Source of the DNA: an uncultured virus (IMG/VR IMGVR_UViG_3300048609_000030)
Taxonomy: Duplodnaviria; Heunggongvirae; Uroviricota; Caudoviricetes
DNA: 20,000 nt
Virus record (IMG/VR): IMGVR_UViG_3300048609_000030
Direction: 5' to 3' (one strand)
Under the pieces are notes generated by a model. The model was not told the DNA's origin and searched no databases. It saw only the letters and a list, made by a program, of their open reading frames with translations. A program made the translations under genes and the position numbers. How positions within the stretch are numbered: the stretch's first letter is position 1; the number at the start of each line of letters is the position of its first letter. Positions 1 through 8,409 of the stretch are shown here, in pieces.

Positions 1-1
1 G

Positions 2-253
2 GGTCCGCCGCTCGACACGGTTGAGCGTCTCGAACGGAGACGGCAGGGACACGAAACGCAAGACACCAAAAAGCAGATGGACGTGCTTTGCGATCTTCGC
101 CGTGAACTTTTTGCTCGTGCCGACAAAGTTCGTCAGGGACCGCGCTATCGAGCTTATCGGACTGCGGGAGATGTCATTCAACGACTTGTTGAGGACTATC
201 CCGGAGGTCGCGATTACTTCTGGAGCAAACGTTGCGGAACAAAACAACGTTGA
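2..253 (+). CDS. 3' part of a hypothetical protein truncated by the window edge
   Basis: Frame 2 is open from base 2 to TGA at 251-253 (…MDVLCDLRRELFARADKVRQGPRYRAYRTAGDVIQRLVEDYPGGRDYFWSKRCGTKQR*). It reads as more protein-like than the 21..263 ORF in the track. Confidence 0.6.
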   Translation, partial: GPPLDTVERLERRRQGHETQDTKKQMDVLCDLRRELFARADKVRQGPRYRAYRTAGDVIQRLVEDYPGGRDYFWSKRCGTKQR

Positions 254-310
254 TGACACGTAGCGCTCAGCGCTGCTAGCGCTGGCCAACCCAAACATAA
301 GGAGACAGCA

Positions 311-973
311 ATGGCAGACCTGGGAGCTTACAACCTTGAACTTATGGATTCGGACAAGTCGGTAGACCTGTTCGGTCTTGACGAGTTCGGCAACCCGACT
401 GGTATGGACCAGATCTGGGGCGCAGTCATCGGTGGCGGCCTTGGTACGGGTACCGCGATTGCGGTTCGCGCACTCGCTGGTGAACCGGCTGCTGGCAAGT
501 TCGACTGGAAGAAATACTCCGAGGGTGTCGGCTTCCTGGTTGGCGGCGCTGCTAGCGGTCTGATGATGGCGTTCGAGGGTACTCGTGCAGCGGGCACCGC
601 AGGATTGGCAGTGGCCTTCCTGACCAACGGTCTCCGTCAGCTCGAAAGCCTTTTCAGTGAGAAGTCGACTGGGCTTGGTGCAGCGACCATCGAACGGCTG
701 AACGGTGTCGTGATGGAACGTTTGTCGCCTGGGACCAGGAACGTCGGCCTCGGCATCCCAAGTGCCCAGTACGTACCTGAAGCCTACGGCACCATCCCTG
801 GCGTTTACGGCACTCCTGTTGCCGGTACTCAGATCTCCACCGGTCAACCACCGGTCGATCTGATGGCGCCGCAAAACCTGCCGCAGAGCGCGTATCAGGT
901 CGAGCTGATGGGCGGTCCTGCTCTCAGCGGTCTGGGTATGCACTACGGCGCGACCCTCTTCGGCAGCGACTGA
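311..973 (+). CDS. Membrane-associated putative virion protein, Gly-rich, with multiple [LF]G motifs
   Basis: Strong RBS TAAGGAG upstream of ATG. Three hydrophobic Gly/Ala segments in the N-terminal half. Repeated DLG/LFG/GLG motifs. Lies directly upstream of the putative major capsid gene. Confidence 0.7.
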   Translation: MADLGAYNLELMDSDKSVDLFGLDEFGNPTGMDQIWGAVIGGGLGTGTAIAVRALAGEPAAGKFDWKKYSEGVGFLVGGAASGLMMAFEGTRAAGTAGLAVAFLTNGLRQLESLFSEKSTGLGAATIERLNGVVMERLSPGTRNVGLGIPSAQYVPEAYGTIPGVYGTPVAGTQISTGQPPVDLMAPQNLPQSAYQVELMGGPALSGLGMHYGATLFGSD

Positions 974-1065
974 CAGAAGAACAACTAACCGTCGGCCGTG
1001 AAGCCGACAAGTGAAAACAACCGGTCGGTGACGACCAGAAGAAAAACCTTTCAAGGAGGCTTATC

Positions 1066-1773
1066 ATGCGCGGAACAGTCGGTGTAGCACCTGGTACCAC
1101 TACCCTCACCCTGCCTGACGGCACTGCTGTTGCCCTCGCGGACTGGATCGACGACAAGCTGTATGGCACCGTCCAGTTTGCGAACGGTCAAGCCACGCCG
1201 ATCGAGGCGTTCTCGGCTGGCCGTAGCCAGGCGATCCCTGGTGGTACTCGCGTTCAGACGCGGGTTGACACTAACATCCCACGTAACGGCGACTCGGGTC
1301 TGCCGAAGGACTGGGAGATGTTGGTTTACGGCTGGGGCCTCAAGATGACCCGCGTCTGCCGTCCGCAGACTGGTCAGGCACAGCCCGTTCTCGGTGATGG
1401 CACTGGTGCGCTCTCCGACCCGCCGCGTCTTGCGACGCTGTTCGGTGTCGACCGTGTGGTCTTCATGAGCTACGAGTACAACGCGAAGATCTACACCTCG
1501 GGTGTCATGCAGGACTATCCGCAGGGACACGGCTACAGCGTGTTCAGCACGAACACCTCGTTCGAGCTGGCACAGAACGGCATCCCATCGCCGCGTGACC
1601 GGCTGGCGCTGGTGCTACCGGTCCACGAACGCGAGAATTTGGGCTTCAAGATGATCTTTCAGCCCGAGGCTGCACTGATCATCGCACAGCCCGCCAGCGA
1701 TGGTGGTGCGAACCTCACCTTCGCGGACATCAAGACCTATAAATACGGCCTCATCAAAAGGACAGTTGTGTAG
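1066..1773 (+). CDS. Putative major capsid protein, single jelly-roll type
   Basis: Very strong RBS AAGGAGG, strong C/G third-position bias and a terminator downstream indicate high expression. The 235-aa sequence is beta-strand-like with an LYGT…F…G…T..DTN…G.LP…M.V.G pattern and a terminal …YGLIKR strand, which I associate with jelly-roll capsid proteins. The fold call is inference. Confidence 0.55.
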   Translation: MRGTVGVAPGTTTLTLPDGTAVALADWIDDKLYGTVQFANGQATPIEAFSAGRSQAIPGGTRVQTRVDTNIPRNGDSGLPKDWEMLVYGWGLKMTRVCRPQTGQAQPVLGDGTGALSDPPRLATLFGVDRVVFMSYEYNAKIYTSGVMQDYPQGHGYSVFSTNTSFELAQNGIPSPRDRLALVLPVHERENLGFKMIFQPEAALIIAQPASDGGANLTFADIKTYKYGLIKRTVV

Positions 1774-1825
1774 CAATTTCGAGCAGATAGCTGCTGAGAT
1801 AGTACTACTGTCCGTCTGTATCCAC

Positions 1826-1870
1826 CTTGAAGGCCCAACACCAGAAATGGTGTTGGGCCTTCGAGTTTTT
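1826..1870 (+). terminator. Intrinsic terminator after the putative capsid operon
   Basis: Stem CTTGAAGGCCCAACACCA / TGGTGTTGGGCCTTCGAG (18 bp, one G-U) with a GAAA loop, followed by TTTTT. Confidence 0.85.
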
Positions 1871-1939
1871 CAGCAAAAACAAGTTGTAGAAGGTAAAAGA
1901 TTGACCGAAGAAGTGTTTGTGCCTTTCTGCCTCGTCCGC

Positions 1940-1969
1940 TTGTATCAACTTTCGATACGATGGTATATT
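1940..1969 (+). promoter_or_regulatory. Sigma70-like promoter, probably leaderless, for the methyltransferase
   Basis: TTGTAT-18-TATATT with an extended -10 TG. ATG at 1977 lies 7 nt downstream and has no SD. Confidence 0.5.
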
Positions 1970-1976
1970 GCCGCAA

Positions 1977-3515
1977 ATGCTTTGTCGTGCTTCTTTGCAA
2001 ACAAACGGCAACTTGAATCTTCCAGCTGACCTCAACGTAGATGACGCAGCAGCCCTTTCTGTACGTTTTCAACGTGCTGATCTCGACGTGGCTGTGGTGG
2101 CAACATTGTCACGGTGGCATCAACGTTGTTGGATGATGTTTCCTGGTGAAGCTCGTAGATTGTGTCAACCACCATGTCAGCTTGATGTTGATGTGACCAC
2201 GTTAAAAGATCTTGTGGCAACCGACACACGAGCACTTGTCCCGTGTAATGGGATCGTAAGGTTCAAGGCACGCATACGAGAACATGGTGGCTTGCTCGTA
2301 TCTGTACCACTGGTTTGGTATCGCGGAATGCAGCGCGCAGGATGGTCTCATGAAGTAGCAGTTCAGGTTACCTCTACAAAAGACACGATAAGATTTAAGC
2401 GTATGTTATCTGTACGTGCAGGCGGCAAGACGGTTGTTTTAGCGCTGCCACGTTCCACATGTTCAATGTTAGAAGCTAACCAAGAGGTTGAAGTTGAACT
2501 ACGTCCACATAAGGCCGCGGGCGCACCTGACCTAATGCAGTTGAAGCACTTTCCGATTAACGAATGGTGCACGTGGACTAAAGATAGACAAGAAGCGGAG
2601 TTGGCTATTCTTGTAGAGACATATCGTGCTGCAGGGTTTCCGTGGGATGTTGTACGTTCTAGAACAGAACGTGCACCGCTTGATGGTGTAAGAAGAAGTC
2701 GTATCAGCGTAGTCGGCGATCTTATCAGCAGTGTCGGTTACGCGGGACAACGCACTTGTCTTGCAATTCACGCACATCGTTTGAATGCTCGTTGCGGAAA
2801 ATCACCGTCAGTGGTTGAGGCATTTGAGAATGATCGACTACTACGACACGCGTTACGTTTTCAACTTGATCGCGGGAATCCAGTAGTACCACATCGTCTG
2901 TTGCGTGCACTGTCTGCACTAACGCACAGTCCGCTTAACTTTCCACCTACGTTGGCGCGTTGGCTGGTTGATCTATACGCCCCAGAAAACGGCATCGTTT
3001 TTGATCCGTGCTCAGGATACGGTGGCCGTTTACTCGGGTCTCTTGCTAGTGTAAAAAGCGTCACGTATGTCGGTGCGGACATCGAACCAGCTAGTGTCAG
3101 TGCAAATATCAGGTTGGCTGCGTTTTTAGGTGCTGCACATCGTGTAATACAAGAAGAGCGCGCAATTGAGACTTCTTGTGCTTGGCCTAAAGCAGACCTC
3201 GCTCTTGTGGGTCCGCCATACTACAATCGCGAGAACTACGGTGAAGCTTCGTACAAGGCTTTAACTAACTATCCAACTTATGATGTGTGGATCGAACAGT
3301 TCGTTTCACTTCTTGTTGTGCGTACATTGGAGGCAGCACCTGTAGCTGTATTTAATGTGGCAGCTATACGAGACAAAACTGTCATCAGAGATTTACCTGC
3401 TGATCTGATTCGGACAGCACAACAGCTCGGCATAAAAATAGAACGGATTCTGGAATGGAAAACGGCTAGGTTTAACAGCGCACGGACCGAAAAGCTTATC
3501 GTATTGACACGATAG
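1977..3515 (+). CDS. Amino (N4-C/N6-A) DNA methyltransferase-like protein with N-terminal AbrB-like repeats
   Basis: Motif I VFDPCSGYGGRLLG, YVGADI, and motif IV-like GPPYYNRENY. The ORF is open from 1917, but ATG 1977 is the preferred start given the promoter. Confidence 0.8.
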   Translation: MLCRASLQTNGNLNLPADLNVDDAAALSVRFQRADLDVAVVATLSRWHQRCWMMFPGEARRLCQPPCQLDVDVTTLKDLVATDTRALVPCNGIVRFKARIREHGGLLVSVPLVWYRGMQRAGWSHEVAVQVTSTKDTIRFKRMLSVRAGGKTVVLALPRSTCSMLEANQEVEVELRPHKAAGAPDLMQLKHFPINEWCTWTKDRQEAELAILVETYRAAGFPWDVVRSRTERAPLDGVRRSRISVVGDLISSVGYAGQRTCLAIHAHRLNARCGKSPSVVEAFENDRLLRHALRFQLDRGNPVVPHRLLRALSALTHSPLNFPPTLARWLVDLYAPENGIVFDPCSGYGGRLLGSLASVKSVTYVGADIEPASVSANIRLAAFLGAAHRVIQEERAIETSCAWPKADLALVGPPYYNRENYGEASYKALTNYPTYDVWIEQFVSLLVVRTLEAAPVAVFNVAAIRDKTVIRDLPADLIRTAQQLGIKIERILEWKTARFNSARTEKLIVLTR

Positions 3516-3587
3516 GTGTTCAAGTAGCGCTACAAGTACGGCCTCAAAACATACAAATAAAGGAAGGATAATAGCGGGTATTTTCAG

Positions 3588-3617
3588 TTGACTTTCTAGG
3601 TTCAGGTTGTGTATCTT
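3588..3617 (+). promoter_or_regulatory. Sigma70-like promoter for the LAGLIDADG gene (leaderless)
   Basis: TTGACT-18-TATCTT, with ATG 6 nt downstream. Confidence 0.5.
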
Positions 3618-3623
3618 GGTTAA

Positions 3624-4607
3624 ATGCAGCTTGATGACTTTCCCTACATCGCTGGCTATTTTGATGCTGAAGGTTGTGTTGGCCTTGCTTTTAGCACTGC
3701 TTGGTCTTGCTACGTGCAGTTCAAACAAACACAGCCCCAGGTCATTGCATGGTTGCTTCAACAATTCGACGGCAACACTTGGATCGAAGAACCTGAAGTT
3801 GGTCGACGACTTCTTCGTCTCAGATTCTGTTCGTTTGCTGAAACAACAAGATTTTTGCGTGCTATTGAACCGTTCTGCAAAGAGAAACATGAGCAAGTAG
3901 TAAAGGTACTAGAACAGTATCGACCAGACAGTACTACGAATTGGCGTCTCAAACGGGAATTGGAAGATTTAAAGAAAGCTGTAAGTAGGCCGCTTATTCT
4001 GGAGAAACACCTAGCGGTTGCTGTCCACGATCCGAATCGTCTTTGTTCGGTAGTAGGGTGTACCAAGAAATCTTTCGCGCGTGGACGATGCTCGGTACAC
4101 TACACTGCTGCACGTCTTAAAGGAGAGTTTACACCTCGAAAAAGACAAGAAGGCGTACCGTTTGTGTATGACGTCGTGCCGACAGATGACGACCGCCGTT
4201 ACTTAGCGGGATATTTTGACGGTGATGGTTGTGTATTGGTACACCGTGAGAAATACGGTTGGGGCATCAAAGTGCATTTTGGACAAACACAACTGCACGC
4301 GATCAAGTTAATGCACACAATCTACCACGGGTCATTGTCGGAACGTCGTGTCAAACCTGGCTGCAAACCTGTTTTCGATCTGCAAATTGTACAACGTGAG
4401 GCTGCTCTTGCCTTTCTACGTGACGTACAACCATATACTAAAGAGAAGCGCGATCAAATTGATATCGCCCTTGCTCAATATGATCCACGTGCTTCAAAAG
4501 AGACAGGGGTATTACTACAACAAACACTGACGGCGATGAAGAAACGTGAATACACAAAAAACGATCTTACTACCCTTGTCAACCGTGTTGTCCGAAACAG
4601 GGCGTAG
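3624..4607 (+). CDS. Free-standing double-motif LAGLIDADG homing endonuclease with a central Zn finger
   Basis: Motifs YIAGYFDAEGCV and YLAGYFDGDGCV, each followed by F.QTQ and K.EQ/K.DQ. The linker contains CSVVGC-x9-CSVHY. Confidence 0.9.
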   Translation: MQLDDFPYIAGYFDAEGCVGLAFSTAWSCYVQFKQTQPQVIAWLLQQFDGNTWIEEPEVGRRLLRLRFCSFAETTRFLRAIEPFCKEKHEQVVKVLEQYRPDSTTNWRLKRELEDLKKAVSRPLILEKHLAVAVHDPNRLCSVVGCTKKSFARGRCSVHYTAARLKGEFTPRKRQEGVPFVYDVVPTDDDRRYLAGYFDGDGCVLVHREKYGWGIKVHFGQTQLHAIKLMHTIYHGSLSERRVKPGCKPVFDLQIVQREAALAFLRDVQPYTKEKRDQIDIALAQYDPRASKETGVLLQQTLTAMKKREYTKNDLTTLVNRVVRNRA

Positions 4608-4623
4608 ACGATAGGAGGTACAG

Positions 4624-4827
4624 GTGCTGAAAGTACAAAAACTGTGTACGTATATGAAAGCTAGAGCTGCCTACGAAGGTGTTGTTTGGAAGCTTACTAA
4701 CAACTTCATACAACGCAACTTTGATGTTGGTATTCGTACCTTCTTTGGTGTGCAAATTGATAATGCGGGCAATCTTCTCGAAGATACGCAACAACCGGAG
4801 TTTTTTAGACAATATCACACGAATTGA
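4624..4827 (+). CDS. Small hypothetical protein
   Basis: RBS AGGAGGT upstream of GTG. The stop overlaps the next start (TTGATG). Confidence 0.5.
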   Translation: MLKVQKLCTYMKARAAYEGVVWKLTNNFIQRNFDVGIRTFFGVQIDNAGNLLEDTQQPEFFRQYHTN

Positions 4828-5381
4828 TGATCTCTTTACGGTACTTTGTCTGGACTCGCTATGGTACCGAAGCCGGTGAGCCAATCGAAGAGATACTAAG
4901 GCGCAAAGAAGCCGAACGCGTCGCCAACAACGGCATCTTCCTCTGGGGTATCGGTAATGCTCTCGGTCCTTCCATCCAAGCCCTCAAAAAGCGTGTAGCC
5001 GACCCCTGCGTCGTGTTCAGTCCCATAAAGACACCTCCACGCGCGATTGACGTACGGCCCTCCAAGGTCGTTTCCTGGACAACAGGAGAGCTAATCGACG
5101 GTACTGCCTACAGGCTGCCTGTCCACTCGATTGTCACAAGCCGCGAGAAACGTGCCCACTACGCGCTTGTCTGTTTCAGCACACAAAAGCTGTGTTTTGA
5201 AGCCGCAACTGAGACCGTCGAGTTCGGAACACTTCGTAATCTTGTCTCGGGGCGACCTTTGGGTAGGCAACAAGTCACAGCCGTAGTTGAACGCTGTATG
5301 ACGTCATGTGGCGACACTTACGCCTATCCCGCAACGATTGTTAGCCTGTACCCGCCCTACTACGTCAAGTTGACATCGTGA
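4827..5381 (+). CDS. Hypothetical protein (WTRYGTEAGE…RKEAER…FLWGIG motif)
   Basis: ORF of about 185 aa, translationally coupled to the upstream ORF, with a conserved-looking N-terminus. Function unknown. Confidence 0.7.
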   Translation: MISLRYFVWTRYGTEAGEPIEEILRRKEAERVANNGIFLWGIGNALGPSIQALKKRVADPCVVFSPIKTPPRAIDVRPSKVVSWTTGELIDGTAYRLPVHSIVTSREKRAHYALVCFSTQKLCFEAATETVEFGTLRNLVSGRPLGRQQVTAVVERCMTSCGDTYAYPATIVSLYPPYYVKLTS

Positions 5382-5547
5382 AGCGGTGTTTTGCCAACAG
5401 GGTGCGCATCCGCATCGCGGCGTCCATTAGCTCGCCCAACTCGCCACCCGCTCTTGCACGCAGCCTCTTCACATCGGGCGACTCCGGCCCGCTTGTGTTG
5501 AGAGCGTCCACAAACTCGCCAAGTCGCTTTTGCTCCTTCTCGTTCAT
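5365..5547 (-). CDS. Small helical hypothetical protein
   Basis: MNEKEQKRLGEFVDAL…, 60 aa from the internal ATG at 5547. Divergent from the 5663 ORF. Confidence 0.5.
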   Translation of the reverse strand: MNEKEQKRLGEFVDALNTSGPESPDVKRLRARAGGELGELMDAAMRMRTLLAKHRFTMST

Positions 5548-5662
5548 ACACGTATGACGTTTGGGGAATTGACAAGTGGACACTCTTTTGAGTTTGTCCT
5601 GCGATATTCGCGTGTTAGATGTTGTTAGAATATCCACTTCTGTGTATTCGTCATACGGTTGT

Positions 5663-5860
5663 ATGATCTCCAAAGCTCAGATCGAAGCACAAGTCCTTCG
5701 GGCGCAACTGAAGCTGATCGAACCAAGAGCTACGGTACGCCTAAAAGCAAATGGCTGGGACGTCTATGCGCCGCCACTTCGTGCAGCGCGCTCGCGGGCC
5801 CTCCTTCGCGCGGTGGGCTTGGAGTGGTGTGGATCCTGGTGCTACAAAAGCGGCAAATGA
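5663..5860 (+). CDS. Small basic hypothetical protein
   Basis: MISKAQIEAQVLRAQLKLIEPRA…, from an internal ATG of the 5576..5860 ORF. Confidence 0.5.
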   Translation: MISKAQIEAQVLRAQLKLIEPRATVRLKANGWDVYAPPLRAARSRALLRAVGLEWCGSWCYKSGK

Positions 5861-5899
5861 GGCTTGTCGTTTTTGGCAGCTGCTAAACACTGAGGTTAA

Positions 5900-6235
5900 G
5901 TGGCGACGTTGGATGTGGCGAACCTGGGACCGAGCCTCACTGGCGTCGGTGCGTACGTCCACGTCTACCAGAAGCTAGATCAGCGAGTCCGATACAGTCC
6001 ACGGATAAAAGTCTATCCAGGTAACCCAGGCGCAGGCGACGCAACCACGATCGCGATTCCACACGATGCCGAGCAAGAGCCGTATGTGACAGGCAGCGTC
6101 ACAGTGTCGCGCGCCGTGCTGCGAAAGGCTCTGCACTTCGCCGATCTGAATCGCGACGTGCTGACACGATACTGGGCGAATCCTGACATGGGCACAGACG
6201 AGCTGCTCGGTGAGCTGGTGACTCAGGTCGAATAA
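5900..6235 (+). CDS. DUF4160-like protein (paralog 1)
   Basis: RBS GAGGT before GTG. Pattern ANL.P..TG…PRIKV…F..LN…L..YW, clearly paralogous to 16294..16626. Confidence 0.65.
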   Translation: MATLDVANLGPSLTGVGAYVHVYQKLDQRVRYSPRIKVYPGNPGAGDATTIAIPHDAEQEPYVTGSVTVSRAVLRKALHFADLNRDVLTRYWANPDMGTDELLGELVTQVE

Positions 6236-6316
6236 TCAAAGAAGATTCAACGGTTAGCCCAAGCTAGAATATCGTTGTGGAAGGCGCGTCCAAGCTTGCG
6301 TATGATGTATGATCGC

Positions 6317-6784
6317 ATGAGCAAGCTCAGCCTGATTTTTGTTGCACTTCTGGGTTGTGATTGGCGTCCTGAAGAGCAACTTGTAGCCGCTCCACAGCAC
6401 GTAGATCGTGCAGTAGAAACAATCACAGAAGTGTTTGAAGCGGCGCACGGTACTCTTCCGCCTCTGACAAACGACGTTTTTTGGGTTGACGCACCGTGTA
6501 TGCGGCACGACGACAAATGCTGGACAGGTCTTTATTTTGAGGACGGACGGGATATTTGGCTTGGCACATTCAGTTCTGTCAGCATGTCTTCGTTGTCACA
6601 CGAAATGGTTCACTACTGGCTTGATGTAACACTTGACGACGTAGATGGTAACCATTCTCGTGTAGATTGGTGGTCGTTGGTAGAAGTTGCCGATGATCGT
6701 GTTTGGTTTTGGGAGAAGTGCTATGTAGTCACTTCATGGCGCGAGGGTATGCCAGACGAATGTTTGAACGAGCTAGGTATATGA
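6317..6784 (+). CDS. Putative lipoprotein zincin metallopeptidase
   Basis: From ATG 6317: MSKLSLIFVALLGC (lipobox-like signal), then HEMVH (HExxH) and a downstream His (DGNH). Confidence 0.65.
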   Translation: MSKLSLIFVALLGCDWRPEEQLVAAPQHVDRAVETITEVFEAAHGTLPPLTNDVFWVDAPCMRHDDKCWTGLYFEDGRDIWLGTFSSVSMSSLSHEMVHYWLDVTLDDVDGNHSRVDWWSLVEVADDRVWFWEKCYVVTSWREGMPDECLNELGI

Positions 6785-6796
6785 TAAACTGCTTTC

Positions 6797-7393
6797 ATGT
6801 CTACTGAGTACTGGAATCAACGCAACGAAGTCTTCGTCAAGACCTACCAAAAACTGAACGACCTCCCCGCTGATGGCCTTGCGGGCGAACAAACCTTTAC
6901 CGCACTCGACGGTCGTTGCTGGCCACTCAGGAACCTACCTGACGGGCGCGAGTGTTTCATCACCAACCCGTTCAAGGCAGGTGTCCACGACGGCGTTGAC
7001 GTCTTTTGGCGTTGGCAAGACGGTGACCAGCTCATCGACGGCTACTGGACCAAGTTCGGTGACGGCCGAGTTTGGTATCCCTATGGAACGCGGGCTGTCG
7101 TCGCGTGTGACGGCGTTGTACGCCGTAGCGAGGCCATTACTACAGGCTGGCTGGTAACCGTCGAGCACGCCAACGGAGACGTGACAGGCTACTTCCATGG
7201 CGTCAAACAGACGGCGCTAGTGAAGCCTGGCAACAATGTCGGGATGGGAACGCCAGTGTTCTATTGTGGGTGGGACTTGCGACAGCCGTTGTCTGAGGAT
7301 AACGTCGTACACGTGCACTTCAGCGTGCAGCGGGACGGTGCTTTCATCGACCCTGCAGCGTGGTTGAAGTATGCAGCGCACAACATCATATGA
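6797..7393 (+). CDS. M23-family peptidoglycan endopeptidase with an N-terminal PG-binding-like domain (putative endolysin)
   Basis: HDGVD (HxxxD), TGYFHG and HVHF (HxH) motifs. The N-terminal VKTYQKLNDLPADGLAGEQT matches the PG_binding_1 pattern. Confidence 0.85.
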   Translation: MSTEYWNQRNEVFVKTYQKLNDLPADGLAGEQTFTALDGRCWPLRNLPDGRECFITNPFKAGVHDGVDVFWRWQDGDQLIDGYWTKFGDGRVWYPYGTRAVVACDGVVRRSEAITTGWLVTVEHANGDVTGYFHGVKQTALVKPGNNVGMGTPVFYCGWDLRQPLSEDNVVHVHFSVQRDGAFIDPAAWLKYAAHNII

Positions 7394-7414
7394 ACCGCCT
7401 ATCGGTCCGTGTAA

Positions 7415-7902
7415 CTACCTGGAATCACTGGGTGCGGCAACCACAATTAAGAACCCTTGAAAACAGATCTCCACACGTGTGTTGGGAGCTATACCCGCTG
7501 TTATCAGGTTGTCGACTGTGACCTGAAAGCCTTCTGACCTACTCAACACGTAAGGCTCTGCCCACTCCCACGTCTGTTCTGATGTACCTTTGGTCATCAG
7601 CTCAATGAGTATTGCGTTCTTGGTCAGGTTTTCGTTCTTCGAGAAGTCGAAGATACGAAGTCGCGTTGCGCGTTGAAGCGCATCAGTAGGCTGTACAGCA
7701 ATTAACGCGAGGTTGGCGTCGAGACCTGTAACGCGTGGGATCACACGGTGGATCTCGAACGGCTTGTCCGAGTTGTGTAGGAACGTTGCTTCGGGGAACT
7801 GAATGCCGATTGCGCCGGCAGCTACAATCAGTTCACCCGGCATTGAAAAGGGACGCGGAACGAAATCTCTCTTCCTGCAAACCGTGCTGGTAGACGACCC
7901 AT
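7415..7902 (-). CDS. Putative small single jelly-roll capsid protein with a -1 frameshift at 7846-7852
   Basis: RBS AAGGAG 7 nt before ATG 7902 (MGRLPARFAGREISFRVPF). This joins the long frame (SMPGELIV…DKPFEIHRV…LRIFD…EPYVL…FQVTVDN…VEICFQGFL) after a -1 shift at C CCT TTT, giving about 162 aa. Beta-sandwich pattern. Confidence 0.6.
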
Positions 7903-8076
7903 GGTTGTTCTCCTTTGCCCAACGTTTGATCTTGATGTGTGGGCTAGAAACCAACCTAGCACGAAGAGATCGTTACTACGATCCAATTTCAGACGTAACG
8001 TATTGATCGCACTTGCGATCACCCCAATCTTGTTGACATTCATTTGCTGATCGATGCTGTGATCAGTTAGATTGGA

Positions 8077-8406
8077 GTGGTCATGCGACCAAGCAACATG
8101 AACACCATCACGGTTCCGGCAGTCGGCACGACTACTCCAGGTACCGTAGCGAAGGCAGCAGGAGCACCTCTACGCGTGCTGGTGCGTAACGTAGGGCCGG
8201 TGCTCTGCTTCTTGTCGCATGAAACTGAGAACCTGGCCAATCCAGGCGGACCGTCTACAGGTGTCTATCGCTTGCCGGCTGCAGGAGATGACGTCTTCGT
8301 TCTTGCGCCGGATCAAAACATTTATGCGGTATCGGCTGGTGTTGGTGGCTTGCTGACGATAGCTACGTCAGAAGCGTTCCCAATCGTGCTGCACAACCAG
8401 GATTAA
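8077..8406 (+). CDS. Small beta-rich putative structural protein (vertex/penton-like)
   Basis: GGAG RBS (start GTG 8077 or ATG 8083). Alternating beta pattern RVLVRNVG…CFLS…YRL…IYAVS. First gene of a long + strand operon. Confidence 0.6.
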   Translation: MVMRPSNMNTITVPAVGTTTPGTVAKAAGAPLRVLVRNVGPVLCFLSHETENLANPGGPSTGVYRLPAAGDDVFVLAPDQNIYAVSAGVGGLLTIATSEAFPIVLHNQD

Positions 8407-8409
8407 CCA

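Noticed and set aside
21..263. 80-aa ORF from the track
   Set aside because: It has a TTG start without an RBS, and the frame-2 open reading 2..253 is more plausible.
262..284. Three AGCGCT copies forming a small hairpin
   Set aside because: It is short, has no U-tract, and no function can be supported.
3516..4623. Group I intron or intein around the LAGLIDADG ORF
   Set aside because: Flanking genes appear complete, and I see no intein terminal motifs or intron core.
7903..7954. N-terminal extension of the 179-aa ORF (MVSSPHIK…)
   Set aside because: It has no RBS and spans the strong SD of ATG 7902, so the frameshift model fits better.
8033..8063. TTGACA promoter upstream of the 8077 operon
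   Set aside because: The -35 is perfect but there is no convincing -10 at 16-18 nt spacing.
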